64,000 nt of DNA from Eledone cirrhosa (taxonomy: Eukaryota): NCBI GenBank assembly GCA_964016885.1, contig OZ024742.1, positions 365,180,001 through 365,244,000 of the forward strand, written 5' to 3'. Each line of letters begins with the position of its first letter. The stretch's first letter is position 1. The position numbers were made by a program, and so were the translations under genes. Below, piece after piece: positions 41,077 through 55,445 of the stretch. A model generated the notes under the pieces. The model did no database searches. It was not told the DNA's origin and worked only from the letters and a program-made list of their open reading frames with translations.

Positions 41077-41250
41077 AAATGTTTAAACCCGACGGCAGAG
41101 TTCAAGCCGTTTCGACCGGGTCATAACGGCTTGAGCTGTGTCGTCGGCGTTAGACATTTTCCTATTACCCACTCTACTACCCTAAGTATTGTGTACTCTG
41201 GTGCGTTGCGTTATGGTCCATCTGGTTCCATACCACACCTCCTTCGTTAT
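41074..41250. mobile_element. Fold-back pLTR-like insertion (family D)
   Basis: Inverted arms plus the family D tail. Confidence 0.75.
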
Positions 41251-41257
41251 ATATATA

Positions 41258-42125
41258 TATAATAGAAAAAAATCGAGGAAGTTTCGTTTACATATGAAAA
41301 ATGTGTATTATGTATCGACCTGTTACGGGCGTTTCGCACAGTTTTGGTTCAATTGGAGACAGGGAAGAATATAACAGGCAGAAAACAGAAGTAAACATAT
41401 TTAGAAATATGAATCAAGTACTACTGTCATGTAGGTTATTCTGACCTATCTTTTGTCTTGTATCAGATCCACAACCATCTGTGAAACCTGCGTAACAGGT
41501 CGATACACAATACATTTAGTCATACGTAAACGAATCTTGCTCGTGTTTTTTCTATTATATCACTCTGCTTGTGCATAGAGTGCTTGGGTTGGGACCTACA
41601 CAAGTAATTCCCTGTACTGTCCACACTATACACCCCCCGCCCCTCACACATATATATATATGGGTTGATAAGTAGATAGAAGAATAGACAGACATGCAGA
41701 TATATACATAGATAGACAGACAGACAAATAAAATTCAAATAGAAAGAATAAATGGAAGAGATTACTTGTGAAGAAGAATGTAAATAGAATGTGGGAATAA
41801 GTGCACAGAAGAGAATGGCGACGAAGCAGAAGGAATAGGAAGAATAAGGAAGAGAAAGAGGAATGATGAGAGACTTACATCTATAGAAATCAAGATTGTC
41901 AAAGAATGAATCTCTTGGTTTTTGAGCAAGACGTTATAATTGCATCTATTGATTGACGTGTAGTTTAAACTTTCCTTTTAATTTTAACTTTTTCTTACTA
42001 TGTATCTGTTACAAGACAAAAGTTAGGTCAGAATAACCTAGATGACTGTAGTACTTCATTCCTATTTCTATATATGTTTACTTCTGTCTTCTGTCTCTTA
42101 TATTCGTTCCTGTCTCCAATTGTAT
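41258..42125. repeat. Old fold-back remnants with truncated hammerhead 3' half
   Basis: 41262-41340 is inverted relative to 41492-41558 (GAAA CCTG-CGTAA-CAGG TC GATAC); 41350-41460 is inverted relative to 42013-42122. Confidence 0.55.
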
Positions 42126-43238
42126 ATAATGAAGTCGGCTTGAAACCATATTAAACTAATGAGTTGTCTTACTCCTCTCTTCAAATTTGACATTTTCATA
42201 AAATTTAAGTAGGATAAAATATTACTACATTCATTGTAAAATGTAGAATGGAAGAAATCAATGATACAGATTTGTTCTGACAAACGTACGCTCAGGCAAA
42301 ACGTAGCTAGACATTTATTTAACATTAATCAAGAAGTATTTTTCGACGAACCACAAATATTATAAGCTATTCAATAAACAATTGCATCAAAGTCAGTTAT
42401 AGTTGATTTGAAAATGGCAGCATTTAGGAATAGTTATAACTGAAATGGAAAATATATTCAGTTTTAGTTGAATTGAACATGTCGGTAATATTTAGGTATA
42501 GTAATAGTTGAAATGGAAAGTTTAGCAATTACAGTTGAAATAGAAAATTTAGCATGAAAATGTCTGCAATATTATAACTACATAGAAATGTTGTGATTAT
42601 GTTGCTTCCAATATTAGGTTTCTATGTATTTCATTTTCTATATACAATTAAAATACATATTTTTTTAATGTTTATAATGATTTACTCGAAAATAGAATCT
42701 CAGGGTCTCATTAGACTTTACGGGATCTCTGGCCATGGTGGAGAGAAATAGTAAGTTATCCCAGTTTGAAAACCTGGTCCAAATGTTTGCAACAGAGAAA
42801 TCCACAAAAGACACGCCGAAACTGAAACCGTTCTTCTGAAAGATTTCACCAAGGTTTCCTCTTAGCAAATTTTAATTAAAATCTTTGGTCGACCAGTGGC
42901 TATCGTACAAAAGATTAACCTAAGCCGTGTAGCCCGATAAGAACACACTGAAAGACACGTAGTTGCCACATGAAGTATTTCACTGCACAGTAAACACTGG
43001 CAGATATGTGTTTTCAATGACAAATACCGAAGACCTAATGATAAAATGCCGCAGGGAAGTAATAAAGTAGCTAGAAGGTATAACGGAAATTACAATAGTA
43101 GGGTTTGATAGTTTTATCTAAATACGAATTTGAACTCTTATCGATAATATGATAATGAAGGATAGTGAATCTGAATATCCCATTCTGAACATGTCCAACA
43201 CCCCCCAGACCCCCCCTCCACGCGCGCGCACGCACACG

Positions 43239-43362
<124 letters not shown>

Positions 43363-43904
43363 ATATAATAAAAAATGAAAAATCAGTGATGCATCTGACT
43401 CAATTTATTGTGTGTTACAATTGTTTCGCCAGCGGACAGCTCGAGACATGATCATTGTGTGGATCTGTTTGATTCTGGGCGCGCAGGTTCGACGGACACG
43501 AATGCTCGACCGGCATGCCGCCTATAGCACCATTTTAGCTGCCATCAGACACACACACGCATATATATATATATATATACACATACATACATACATACAT
43601 ATATACATAAATACATGTATATATATATATATATTAGTAAATATGTTTGTTGGCGTCTCTGTTTATTTAAGGAAGATTTCAACCGTTAAGGTATGTTCCT
43701 TGGCTATGTCAAAATTTATAGAACACACTTTGTATTTTACCTGTTGAAAACGTAGCAAAGTTTTTGGTACCCTTGAAATATATATAATAGAATAAATATG
43801 GTTTTATAAGTATAGTTTCCATTTATTTAATAACATTGTATATATATATATGATGATTTCTAAAGAATGAAACATTTCTAGTCCTGTAGAATCTCATCTA
43901 TATT

Positions 43905-43944
<40 letters not shown>

Positions 43945-44006
43945 TATATATATATGCATATATTAATACACATACACGTATGAATAAACAAATAAATAAT
44001 ATACAT

Positions 44007-44054
<48 letters not shown>

Positions 44055-44113
44055 ACACACACATACACACATATAAACACACACGCACTCACACACATAA
44101 ACACATACAATAT

Positions 44114-44149
<36 letters not shown>

Positions 44150-44859
44150 CATAATCTATAAAGCTCAGTGTGTGGTCATGCTCCTTTCTTATAGAAATCT
44201 ACGATATAGAATTTCTTCAATTGAATTTTACAATTCAGTATTCGAAATAGCATCGATTGCGTCTTGGCACATCAATTTTTTCAATTTCACCCACAATTAC
44301 GCAAAAAATAGATAAAACTCAATATTTTACGATTTTTCTCTGTCATTTAAACTGCTGAACTCTTTCCACTACCATTCAAAATCTATACAACTTCATACTT
44401 TCTGCTACTTTCTCTGTTCAAGCTTGATGGTGATACTGTCCGTTTTACTCTCTCATATCATCTGCTTGCCTCTATCTACAACCCACACATTTGCTACTTT
44501 CTCTTTTATACTTCAAACTTACTGATTTATTTCCAAACGCATACAAACACACACTCACTTCAAATGATAAAAAACATTCAAAGAGAGAGAGAGAGAGAGA
44601 ACGTTTATTATTACATAAAGTACCAGTAATGTACTGGTTAATTGTTGGCTTTGTGCCAAAAAAGTAGAAACAATTATTACATTTCATACGAATTATTACA
44701 TTTCATACGAAACGACAATTATTCAAAAGCAACAGATACATTTATTCAACAACAAGCGATAAATCTTTTTTAAAACCTCTTTTCCAAACGCACAGAAACA
44801 CACACTCACTTCAACAACAGCAACAACAATCTGCCTTTTATAGATAATGCTAAACAATA

Positions 44860-45230
44860 ATATCCTCTATGAGGTCACTAAACATGCTAGAAACATCAGC
44901 TAACTCTCCCCCATACCATACCCCTCCCTACTGTCTTAAATTTAGAAAACATATCTTCTATGAGGTCACTTAACCTGCTAGAAACAGCAGCTAACTCTCC
45001 CCCATATCACACCACTCCCTACTGTCTTAAATTTAGAAAACACATATACTCTATGAGGTTACTAAACCTGCTAGAAACAGCAGCTAACTCTCCCCCATAT
45101 CACACCACTCCCTACTGTCTTAAATTTAGAAAACACATATCCTCTATGAGGTCACTAAACCTGCTAGAAACAACAGCTAACTCTCCCTCATATCACAACC
45201 TTCCCTACTGTCTTAAATTTAGAAAACACA
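44860..45230 (+). repeat. ~93-bp tandem repeat, 4 copies
   Basis: TATGAGG unit starts ~91-93 bp apart; 31-aa periodic ORF. Confidence 0.92.
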
Positions 45231-45487
45231 CAGACAACCATGCAGAACAACTCCATCGCAGCTCTGTTGTTTGGCTGGCATCGTCTACGCGCCTGTTGCG
45301 CAAGTACTGTGAAACAATAAATTTCAACACTTTTTTGCACAGAGATAATATCCATAGGCGAAACTACAATTGTCACTGCTGGCGCAGCTCCTGCTTCCAG
45401 GTCTGCAATTCATTCACCCACTGCCTGGCAGACAAAAAAGTGCTGCCATAAAATGGGTGGTGCAACCTAACTTTGGTAACTTAATGA

Positions 45488-45515
45488 CCCCGAGCAACGC
45501 CGGGCTTTAATGCGA

Positions 45516-45517
<2 letters not shown>
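45488..45517 (+). mobile_element. Helitron-like 3' terminus
   Basis: Hairpin CCCG-AGCAACGC-CGGG, then ~10 nt to CGAG|T (variant of CTAG|T). Confidence 0.45.
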
Positions 45518-45549
<32 letters not shown>

Positions 45550-45556
<7 letters not shown>

Positions 45557-47390
45557 AAGAATCAAAGAACTGTTCAAAACATTTTTATGCTTACAACTGT
45601 TTCCTCCAAACCGAGGTTTGGATTCTTCGGAGCAATTTATTATTGAATGAACACTTATATGACCTCCTTTTCACCCAAGAGACATACAGATACATATGCA
45701 AATATTGTGGGTCAACAGTCATTACAGCATTTAGAGTGGCAGTACACACTTAGAGATTACATTTATATTAAAAGATACAATCAAAAATACAGGTTAAAAT
45801 ACAACATGAAAATAATCGGTTATATAGTGCAAGTGTTATATGTGTGGCAAGCACGTGCGTCTTGTTTATATAGTGTGGCAGAGAGTTACGTGTAGTAGAA
45901 GCACTTAAGTAGGTAAACAAAGGTGTTAGGTTGGTTGATCTGATGGCAAATTCTTTATATGATTGTTATAGTCTGTGTATGGAGATAAGCATTAAAAATA
46001 GTGCAAGCATTAAAAATATTAAAAATATTAAAAATATTAAAAATATTGGAAATGCACAGCGAAGGGATGATATGGACTTCATGTACTTCGACATTTTCAT
46101 AGTCTGGGGAGTTTATTTTTCAGATTATATGCCCCTCACATAATCCACGACAATTCGATATTGAGCGTTTGACAATCCAGTTAGAGAATCGTAGTCTGAT
46201 GTTCTTTAGTTCAATACAGAAGGATGTTACGTTTCGAGAATCGACATTGAAATACTACCCGGAAGTGCGTGTGTGGCTAAGGGGAGTTAATGCATGAGGG
46301 GAGGTAACTCCGAGGTTTCTATTACTAATTATTGAAATGTGTCTCAAAATATTGAAATGTGTCTCAAAATAGACCCTAACTTCTATGGTTATGCGCAATT
46401 TCTAAAAAAACTTCTAAAGCTTAAAGTGTTTTAACTATAGAGTAGTCTATTAAGTTGTGCTGAAGGTGTTCGTATTATTATGGTGAATTAACCCCCATCG
46501 TAGAGTGCCACAAATGAATATTATAGACGACGAGCGAGGGTTCTAAATTAATGATCTCTGTGGTTGTAGTCTACTCAAAGGACCAGGCTCGGTGATTGCA
46601 GAATCACTTCAACACACAATGATCTCTGGTAAATTCTGGATCATCGCTTGCTACATTGGATGTCGAAAGATGATCATCACCAGGGCCGACCAGAGGTCAA
46701 TCCGCAGTCCTCATGACCCCACTCTGACCATCAAATCATCCATATATGTACAACCCGCACGTCAGTTGCAATACATTCATTCCCTGCACTCAGCGTACCG
46801 GTCATACTGCTCAACAGCGTTACTAGATTAATTCGTTTTTCATCTGTCCAACGAAGGCACCTCCTCCGCACAACACCAACAGGACAATCAATTCATGCTT
46901 AAATTACCTATAGATCGGTGTAGTGGAGTTCAAGTGGGTGGATGTTGTCACACCTAAAGTAGAAGTACAAATGGGTATTCGCCCTGCGAAGGTTTCTAGA
47001 GGGATGTCGCTGTTTGTGTTATATTAGATCAGTTAGTGTTGGGTATGTGGTATAAGGTGTGCGCCTGGTGTTTGATGCTAGAGGTGGTGTTTGGTTCAAG
47101 TCCGACATTGCTATATATTGGGCTTAAAGTTTTGGAAGGAATGTCTGAAGCGGTGCTGGCAAGTTGCAAACACTTCAGATTTTTTGTTAAGTAGGTTACG
47201 GTTAGAGAAGATAATATTGTGGGTCTCTAGTATACAGAGGTTACAAAATTTATTAGGTGGTTTGTACGAAGTCGTGCTACCTATCACTTCCAATTTGAGT
47301 GTGTAAGGTTTATTTTTAGTTTTTAGATAGTGTATGTAGCTAGATAGTGAGGTGGAGTTGGCTAGACTGTGCTTTTTGAACGAGTGGATG
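45550..47390 (-). mobile_element. 3' fragment of second PLE type: GIY-YIG C-terminus (47111-47390), long UTR, hammerhead
   Basis: HSF...STSLSSYI..LK.....Y....CNLCILE...I....LLNKKSE....CQHR, homologous to the 58566 ORF; continuity down to 45550 is inferred. Confidence 0.6.
45588..45634 (-). ncRNA. Type I hammerhead motif, core CCGAAGA
   Basis: TGCT CCGAAGA A TCCAAAC-CTCG-GTTTGGA G GAAA CAGTTG TA AGCA. Confidence 0.75.
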
Positions 47391-47420
47391 AGAGAGAGAG
47401 AGAGAACGAGAGAGAGAAAT

Positions 47421-47471
47421 GGCTTCCTGATGATTTCTCCCGAATGAAACAGTTCAAGTCCTGTAGAAGCC
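47421..47471 (+). ncRNA. Canonical type I hammerhead ribozyme (family A)
   Basis: GGCTTC CTGATGA TTTCTCCCGAAT GAAA CAG-TTCAAGTC-CTG TA GAAGCC. Confidence 0.88.
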
Positions 47472-47575
47472 ATTTCTATATTAAATATTTATACTCTGCT
47501 ATGTATTGAGTACTTTACTTACTGTGGTTACCCCCGATTGGACCCGGGATAAACTTATATGTATATATATATATA

Positions 47576-47757
47576 TATTAAAATAACAGATTAAAGTTTA
47601 AGCAAAGAATCGCTGCTTCCACCCTTAACGGGATCTTCTGAAACTTTAATCTGTTATTTTAATAAATATTTGCTCTAGGGTTCTTATATATTTCATATAT
47701 ATTTACCATTATCGAACCCTCTTTGGATTATAGTCTTCACATTTATTATTATTACTA
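47576..47757. mobile_element. Fold-back (family B) with hammerhead motif 47595-47645 (-; CAGAAGA core, GAAA mutated to GGAA)
   Basis: Arms join through the stem I sequence AAACT at 47641. Confidence 0.75.
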
Positions 47758-47961
47758 TATATATATATAACATCACGGACGCTCTATCTCAAAATTATTT
47801 TTGAAAAACATTAGAAATGCGCAACCGGTAAAACTCAAAACCAACACTGAATATTAACCAATATAATTACTAATTCTCACTTATTCCTAATTAAACTATT
47901 TTTCACTGTGAACAATTTGTCAGCATTTTCTTTTCCGTTTACCAATATATATATATATATA

Positions 47962-48087
<126 letters not shown>

Positions 48088-48090
48088 TAC

Positions 48091-48124
<34 letters not shown>

Positions 48125-48127
48125 ATG

Positions 48128-48248
<121 letters not shown>

Positions 48249-48335
48249 GTAGGTCCCGGATTGAGTCGGGGTTAACCACAGTAAGTAAGGTACTCAATAC
48301 ATGGCAGAGTAAAATATATTTATTGTATAGAAGGA

Positions 48336-48384
48336 GCTTCTACAGGACTAGTACTGTTTCATTCAGATGAAATCTTCAGGAAGC
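48336..48384 (-). ncRNA. Canonical type I hammerhead ribozyme (family A)
   Basis: GCTTC CTGAAGA TTTCATCTGAAT GAAA CAG-TACTAGTC-CTG TA GAAGC. Confidence 0.85.
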
Positions 48385-48674
48385 CGGGTGTCATATTAAG
48401 TTCTGGTATTTATACATTTAGGTATATTAATTAATTACTTGATAATATTAATAACTTAGTAGTGATAATAATTATTTTAATCCTCTATCAGGCTCAGTTT
48501 ATAATTTGTCCCACTACTTTTTCCAAATATATTATAGATACATATATGTGTGCGAACGAGTGCATGTATGACGAGTGCATATATATAACGAGGGGGCAGC
48601 CATCATCATCATATATGTATGTATATATATATGTATGTATATATATATGTGTATGTATATAATGTATATATATG

Positions 48675-48706
<32 letters not shown>

Positions 48707-48951
48707 TGTATGTATATATATGTATATATATATATATATATATGTATGTATATATATGTATATATATATATATGTATGTATATATATGTATATATATATA
48801 TGTATATATATGTATATGTATATATGTATGTATATATATGTATATATATATATATGTATGTATATATGTATATATATATATGTATGTATGTATATATGTA
48901 TGTATATATGTATGTATATATATATGTATGTATGTATGTATATATGTATGT

Positions 48952-50286
48952 GTCAGGTCACCAGGTGGTGCTATTGGTAACATGTATCCCAGTACAACCT
49001 GTCTCATGGTCGGGTCGTTGGCGACTAAACTGGCAACCCCACCAAGGTTTCTTGGTGAGGAGGGTGGCTTTGGACATCCTGCAGGACTAAAAACGAAACC
49101 TGTCAAAAGGCAAAGGGGCTCTTAAGAGTCAATAGCCATCCAAAATCACCGGGAGAGATGACCCTTTAGCCTTTGTCAAGGCAGATTCTAGGAGAAGGAA
49201 AACTCTGATATAACACCTGCAACCTTGATGGTATCCAATGATGTCGACTTGTTCTTCTTTTTGGTAAATATAATCTTGGTTAAGAGAGTGGGACTGGCTT
49301 TGTGCAGTGCCTTTGCTCACTATAAAAGCTTCACAGCACAGGCATTGCTTTATATCTGGAGATCTCTCTGCACTTGTCACATGGTACCATGCGCCCTGCA
49401 CTATGTGTCAATAATTGTCACAAGTGTAGTCTTTGTACCAGAGTTTTCAAGTCGCTGGCTGGACTAAAAAGTCACATTCGTTCAGCGCATCGGTAGGGGT
49501 TCTCCTACGTGGATATAAAGTAGTGGCCGTATTCGAAAACGAGTTGGCAGCCACCATATATGTATGTATATATATATGTATGTATGTATGTATATATGTA
49601 TGTATATATATATATGTATATATGTATGTATGTATGTATATATGTATGTATATGTGTATGTATGTATATAAGTATGTATATGTCAGGTCACCACTTGGTG
49701 CTACTGGTATCATGTATTCCAGTACAACCTGTCCCATGGTCGGGTCGTTGGTGACTAAACTGGCAACCCCACCAAGGTTTCTTGGTGAGGAGGGTGACTT
49801 TGGACATCCTGCAGGACTAAAAACAAAACCTGTCAAAGGGCAAAGGAGCTCTTAAGAGTCAATGGCCATCAAAAATCACCGGGAGAGATGACCCCTTAGC
49901 CTTTGTCAGGGCAGAATTCTAGGAGAAGGAAAACTCTGATGTAACACCTGCAACCCCGATGGTATCCAATGATGTTGACTTGTTCTTCTTTTTGGTAAAT
50001 ATCATCTTGGTTAAGGGAGTGGGACTGGCTTTGTGCAGTGCCTTTGCTCACTATAAAAGCTTCACGGCACAGGCATTGCTTTATATCTCAAGATCTCTCT
50101 GCACTTGTCGTCACATGGTACCATGGGCCCAGCACTGTGTCAATAATTGTCACAAGTGTAGTGTTTGTACCAGAGTTTTCAAGTCGCTGGCTGGACTAAA
50201 AAGTCACACTCGTCAGCGCATCGGTAGGGGTTCTCTTACATGGATATAAAGTAGTGGCCGTACTCGAAAACGAGTTGGCAGCCACC

Positions 50287-50342
<56 letters not shown>

Positions 50343-50478
50343 GTATGTATATATATATGCATGTATTATATATGTATATATATATATGTATGTTTATATA
50401 TGTATATATATATATGTATGTATGTTTATATATGTGTGTATGTTTATATATATATATGTATATATGTATATATATATG

Positions 50479-50547
<69 letters not shown>

Positions 50548-50992
50548 CAAAGGGCAAAGGAGCTCTTAAAAGTCAATGGCCATCCAAAATCACCGGGAGA
50601 GATGACCCCTTAGCCTTTGTCAATGCAGAATTCTAGGAGAAGGAAAACTCTGATATAACACCTGCAACCCTGATGGTATCCAATGATGTTGACTTGTTCT
50701 TCTTTTTGGTAAATATCATCTTGGTTAAGAGAGTTAGACTGGCTTTGTGCAGTGCCTTTGGTCACTATAAAAGCTTCACGGCACAGGCATTGCTTTATAT
50801 CTGGAGATCTCTCTGCACTTGTCCACACAGGGTACAATGGGCCCAGCACTATGTGTCAATAATTGTCGCAAGTGTAGTGTTTGTACCAGATTTTTCAAGT
50901 CGCTGGCTGGACTAAAAAGTCACACACGGTAGGGGTACTCCTACATGGATGTAAAGTAGTGGCCATACTCGAAAACGAGTTGGCAGCCACCA
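48952..50992 (+). mobile_element. Three copies of a ~605-bp non-autonomous RTE-derived element (48952-49556, 49682-50287, 5'-truncated 50547-50992) separated by TA/TATG microsatellite
   Basis: Copies alignable end to end; GGAAAACTCTGAT 5'-UTR-like motif; Zn-finger-like remnant [19 protein letters not shown]; terminal hairpin CTCGAAAACGAG. Confidence 0.75.
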
Positions 50993-51126
50993 TGTGTATA
51001 TGTGTTTATTAATATCGTATATCTACTCCAAAAATTTGTCGAGTGCTTTATATCAGTTATAAAAATATTTACTTGTTGTATCCCAACAACTTTAAATAGA
51101 ACTTTTGCATATATATATAGATATAT

Positions 51127-51320
51127 ATATAAAAGTTTTAATATAGATGAGATTCTACAGGACTAGAACTGTTTCATTCTTTAGAAATCATCTGATTTCT
51201 AAAGAATGAAACAGTTCTAGTCCTGTAGAATCTAATCTATATTAAAACTTTTATACTCTGCTATGTATTGAGTACCTTACTTACTGTGGTTACCTCCGAT
51301 TCAACCCGGAATAACGTAGA
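51127..51320. mobile_element. Fold-back (family A), junction inside the hammerhead core
   Basis: 51128-51190 is inverted relative to 51193-51255, followed by a ~65-bp tail. Confidence 0.85.
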
Positions 51321-51551
51321 TATATATATATATATATATGTTATGTATATATATGTATGTGTATGTATATGTGTATATATATGTATATATGTGTGTATGT
51401 ATGTGTTTGTGTGTGTGTATGTATGTGTATGTATGTGTGTGTGTGTATATGTATGTATATGTATGTATAGTATAGTTTATACCGAGAGACATGCATGCAT
51501 GTATGTGTATATATATATGTGTATATGCACGTGTGTATGTGTAGATATGTA

Positions 51552-51722
<171 letters not shown>

Positions 51723-52236
51723 AGGTATGCATACATATATATGTGTGTGTAAGTGTTTATGTATGTGGTTGTGAGTATGTAAATATATTTTATTCTTTCC
51801 ATTCTACAAAAACACTCTGGCCACCTGTAGCTTGTATGTTAACTTGACCACTCACCTCAGTCTGTGCCATGATTCGGTCTTGTTTATCTTCTAATACCAA
51901 CCCACCTAAAAAAATATCCCTACTATATAACTGTTGAATTACTATTCTTGGGGTTTTTATTTATTTATTTTTATTTGTTTATTCATTTATCTATTTATTC
52001 ATTTATTTATTTATTTATTTAATTATTTATTTACTTTTTCTTTTTCTTTTCCTTTTAATTTACTAAAGCACTCTGGCTAATTGACCACTCCCCAAAGAAA
52101 AAACGGCCTGTGCCATGTTGTGGTCCTGTGTATCTAAATACCATCCTACCCCAAAAAGTTCTCCCCGCCCCCCCAGCCACCACCCCTCCCTTACCACTAC
52201 CTAAATGTATAAATACCAGAACTTAATATGACACCC

Positions 52237-52287
52237 AGCTTCCTGAAGATTTCATCTGAATGAAACAGTACTAGTCCTGTAGAAGCT
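52237..52287 (+). ncRNA. Canonical type I hammerhead ribozyme (family A)
   Basis: AGCTTC CTGAAGA TTTCATCTGAAT GAAA CAG..CTG TA GAAGCT. Confidence 0.85.
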
Positions 52288-52295
52288 CCTTCTAT

Positions 52296-52347
<52 letters not shown>

Positions 52348-52350
<3 letters not shown>

Positions 52351-52931
52351 CGTTTCTGAATTTGTTTAGCAAGATTCTTTATCTGAAATCGTGTGTTGAA
52401 ACCGATATTGTTATACTTTGGGAGGGTCATGTTGCCAATAAGAAACACACGCACCAGTTGCTTTCACTTCAATTTAATTTATTAAATATTTATAAATTTA
52501 CAAATTTATAAATTTCTGGTTGTTTGGTTGGTTCCACAACCAGATAGTTGTTTATATATATATAGTCATAGTTCTTTCGTCACACACACTGTGACCTCTT
52601 CAGTGACTGGGGATTTCTTTCTTCGTTTCTGTGCCTTTCCTTTCTTCTATCCTACGCCATTTTCTGGCGTAGGATAGAAGAAAATGGCGTAGGATAGAAG
52701 AAAGGAAAGGCACAGAAACGAAGAAAGAAATCCCCAGTCACTGAAGAGGTCACAGAGTGTGTGACGAAAGAACTATGACTATATATATATAAACAACTAT
52801 CTGGTTGTGGAACCAACCAACCAACCAGAAATTTATAAATTTGTAAATTTATAAATATTTAATAAATTAAATTGAAGTGAAAGCAACTGGTGCGTGTGTT
52901 TCTTATTGGCAACATGACCCTCCCAAAGTAT

Positions 52932-52938
<7 letters not shown>
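52348..52938. mobile_element. Fold-back (family C) with two intact hammerheads: 52564-52608 (-) and 52736-52780 (+)
   Basis: ~255-bp near-perfect arms; AGTCA CTGAAGA..GAAA GAAC TA TGACT; 19-bp duplication at the junction. Confidence 0.88.
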
Positions 52939-52959
<21 letters not shown>

Positions 52960-52967
<8 letters not shown>

Positions 52968-53557
52968 AGATCAAAAGATGGTTAAAGGAGTTCCATGTAA
53001 TTTATTATGCGCATTTCAAAAACAAACATCATCATGCAATAATATTTGTGTTTTCATCAGATAAAACAAGAGAACATGATATGATGGCTAAAAAACACTT
53101 GTGGGTAGTGCAGTTTTAAATCAACATATGTTGATTTAAAACTGCACTATCCACAAGTGTTTTTTAGCCTTCATATCATGTTCTCCTGTTTTATCTGATG
53201 AAAACACAAATATTATTGCATGATGATGTTTGTTTTTGAAATGCGCATAATAAATTACATGGAACTCCTTTAACCATCTTTTGATCTTATATTATGTATA
53301 CTCCAGTCCTACAAATTGTAGAGTGCTTCTTATCCGATATCTGCATTGCTTTATTGTACTACAATAAAACTCACCTCCTACATATATATATAATATAAGA
53401 TCAAAAGATGGTTAAAGGAGTTCCATATATTTTATTATGCGCATTTCAAAAACAAACATCATCATGCAATAATATTTGTGTTTTCATCAGATAAAACAGG
53501 AGAACATGATATGAAGGCTAAAAAACACTTGTGGATAGTGCAGTTTTAAATCAACAT
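52960..53557. mobile_element. Fold-back plus extra arm (family E) with three hammerheads: 53001-53065 (-), 53190-53254 (+), 53431-53495 (-)
   Basis: TTTAT CTGATGA [long stem II] GAAA TGCGCA TA ATAAA; palindrome centred at ~53127. Confidence 0.88.
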
Positions 53558-54015
53558 ATATATATATATATATATAATCCCACGCAAAAAATATTCAACA
53601 AATGAATTGTGTGAAATATTTCCAAACCGAGTTGAAAGAAAAAAGACAAATAAAGACTAAAATACTTTCACCAGGTCAAATAACAAGACTTTGGATTGCA
53701 TTGAATTGATTCGGAGATTAAGTGTTTGTTATTCTATTTAAGGATAAAACAAACTGGTGTTTCTAAAGGTCTCCCACCAAACACCTCTCCCATTTAGAAC
53801 TAAAGTTGCCTCAATAGTTATTAATCAGACAACTATTTATCCACACCAGAATTAATGTAATCAGATAATTTAATATTGGTTAGATTGTGTTTATATCCAA
53901 TATTAATTTAAACTTCTTATTTTGATATTGTTGATAATAGTTATTTATGGTGTAATTGTTGTGATCTTAGAGCTTCTCACTTCAGTCATGCATCAGTTGT
54001 AAATAACGTGTTTGT

Positions 54016-54270
54016 AGCGTTCATTTCAGAGGAGTGGAATATACGCAAATACCGGGGCTTGGGCGATCCCTTCTTCTTTGCACGAGTCAACGTTGATACC
54101 TTAGGCATACTCGGACCCCATACAGTTGATTTCCTCCGTTACATCATAATGACAGCAAACGCTTTAAGAAAGTATCCCCATGAGGTGGGATGGCTGTTGT
54201 AGCGGGTGCTGCTGGCCATTGCCTGTGGCAATACCTTTGCCATTTTGTCCTCGTGGAGCAGTCGAAACAC
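54016..54270 (+). pseudogene. Degenerate CRE-like REL endonuclease 3' fragment
   Basis: RKYRGL...FF...NVDTLG.LGP....FL......P.E..WL.*RV.LAI..GN..AIL. Confidence 0.7.
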
Positions 54271-55309
54271 CAGTCTGACTTCGTTCGTTGCTTTACAATC
54301 CTTACCGTTTCCTTTATTTTCCTCTCTTTTGTAATTGTGTTTTTTTATTACCTATTCTTATCAACATTAATTTTATGAGTTCCTATTTATTAATCCCTTT
54401 ATAACGAGAGAACAAAAATCACTGGATTATGAAAACTAGCTGCCATATTTGATACACCTAACATATCTGATTATGTAGAGTAGCTGCTATATTTGTTACT
54501 CCTAACATATTATTTTAGTGGGTGTGAAACCCATTAGGGGTATGCTGCTTAAACACAACAAGTTTAAAATGAACGGATAATTTTAATGAACGAACGATTC
54601 GGCTATGTCGAAAAAGATCCGGATCTTTTCGGCATCATTAATGAAGCTGATAACCATATTTCTATGAAAGAATACATTCAGTTTTATTGGCAGCATGACT
54701 CACCCAAAATATAACAATATTCAATAAACAATTATATTTGAAAAGAAACATGCAACTTCTCGCCAACCAAGCCCTTGGTAAAGATATTTCAAGCATTAAA
54801 GTTGTGTTAACAGTTCTACTTTATTGATTCTGTTCTCAAGTAAGTTATATTAAAGACTGGTTAATTAATTAATATTTTTATAATTCATATAATAACGAGA
54901 AAAGAAGAATATCTGTTAAGACAGCAAAATGCCGTTAAATTAGGTCAAAGGAAAGAAATGAGTGATTAGAAGTGTGTGGGACCACAGAAGTGAGAGGAAG
55001 AAAGGTAAAAAGAAAGAAATGAACGAGACAAGATCACATAGACATCTTTTTTTACCATTATTCTATTTATTCTAATTCACGCGCACCACATCTCGGTCCT
55101 CAACACTTCATTGTTTATAGGATTTTATAATTTTATATTATATTAATTAGATTTGTGAGGGTGGGGAAATAGAAATTACATTGTTATAAAGAGGTCTATG
55201 AAGTAAAACCGTTGAAAGTCGCTGTGTTCTGTAGGATAGTGTGGGAAACATGTGGAAAGGATATAAATTGGACAGCCGTTGGTTTCGACATTGGGGATTT
55301 TGTTGTTCA

Positions 55310-55445
55310 GAATAGTTTGCTCGTGAAATTAACGTGTAAGTGGCTGAGCATTCCACAGACATATGTACCCTTAACTTAGTTCTCAGAAAGATTCAGTACG
55401 CCACAATATGAGGCAAGCCTGGCACCTTTGAATTGCAGGCGTTTT
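55310..55445 (+). mobile_element. SINE central-domain fragment (second SINE family)
   Basis: AACGTGTAAGTGGCTGAGCATTCCACAGACA..TGTACCCTTAAC resembles recalled cephalopod SINE sequence; single copy in this window. Confidence 0.4.

Noticed and set aside
44960-45451. 163-aa repeat protein
   Set aside because: The 93-bp unit is a multiple of 3, so an open frame is expected; no other gene evidence.
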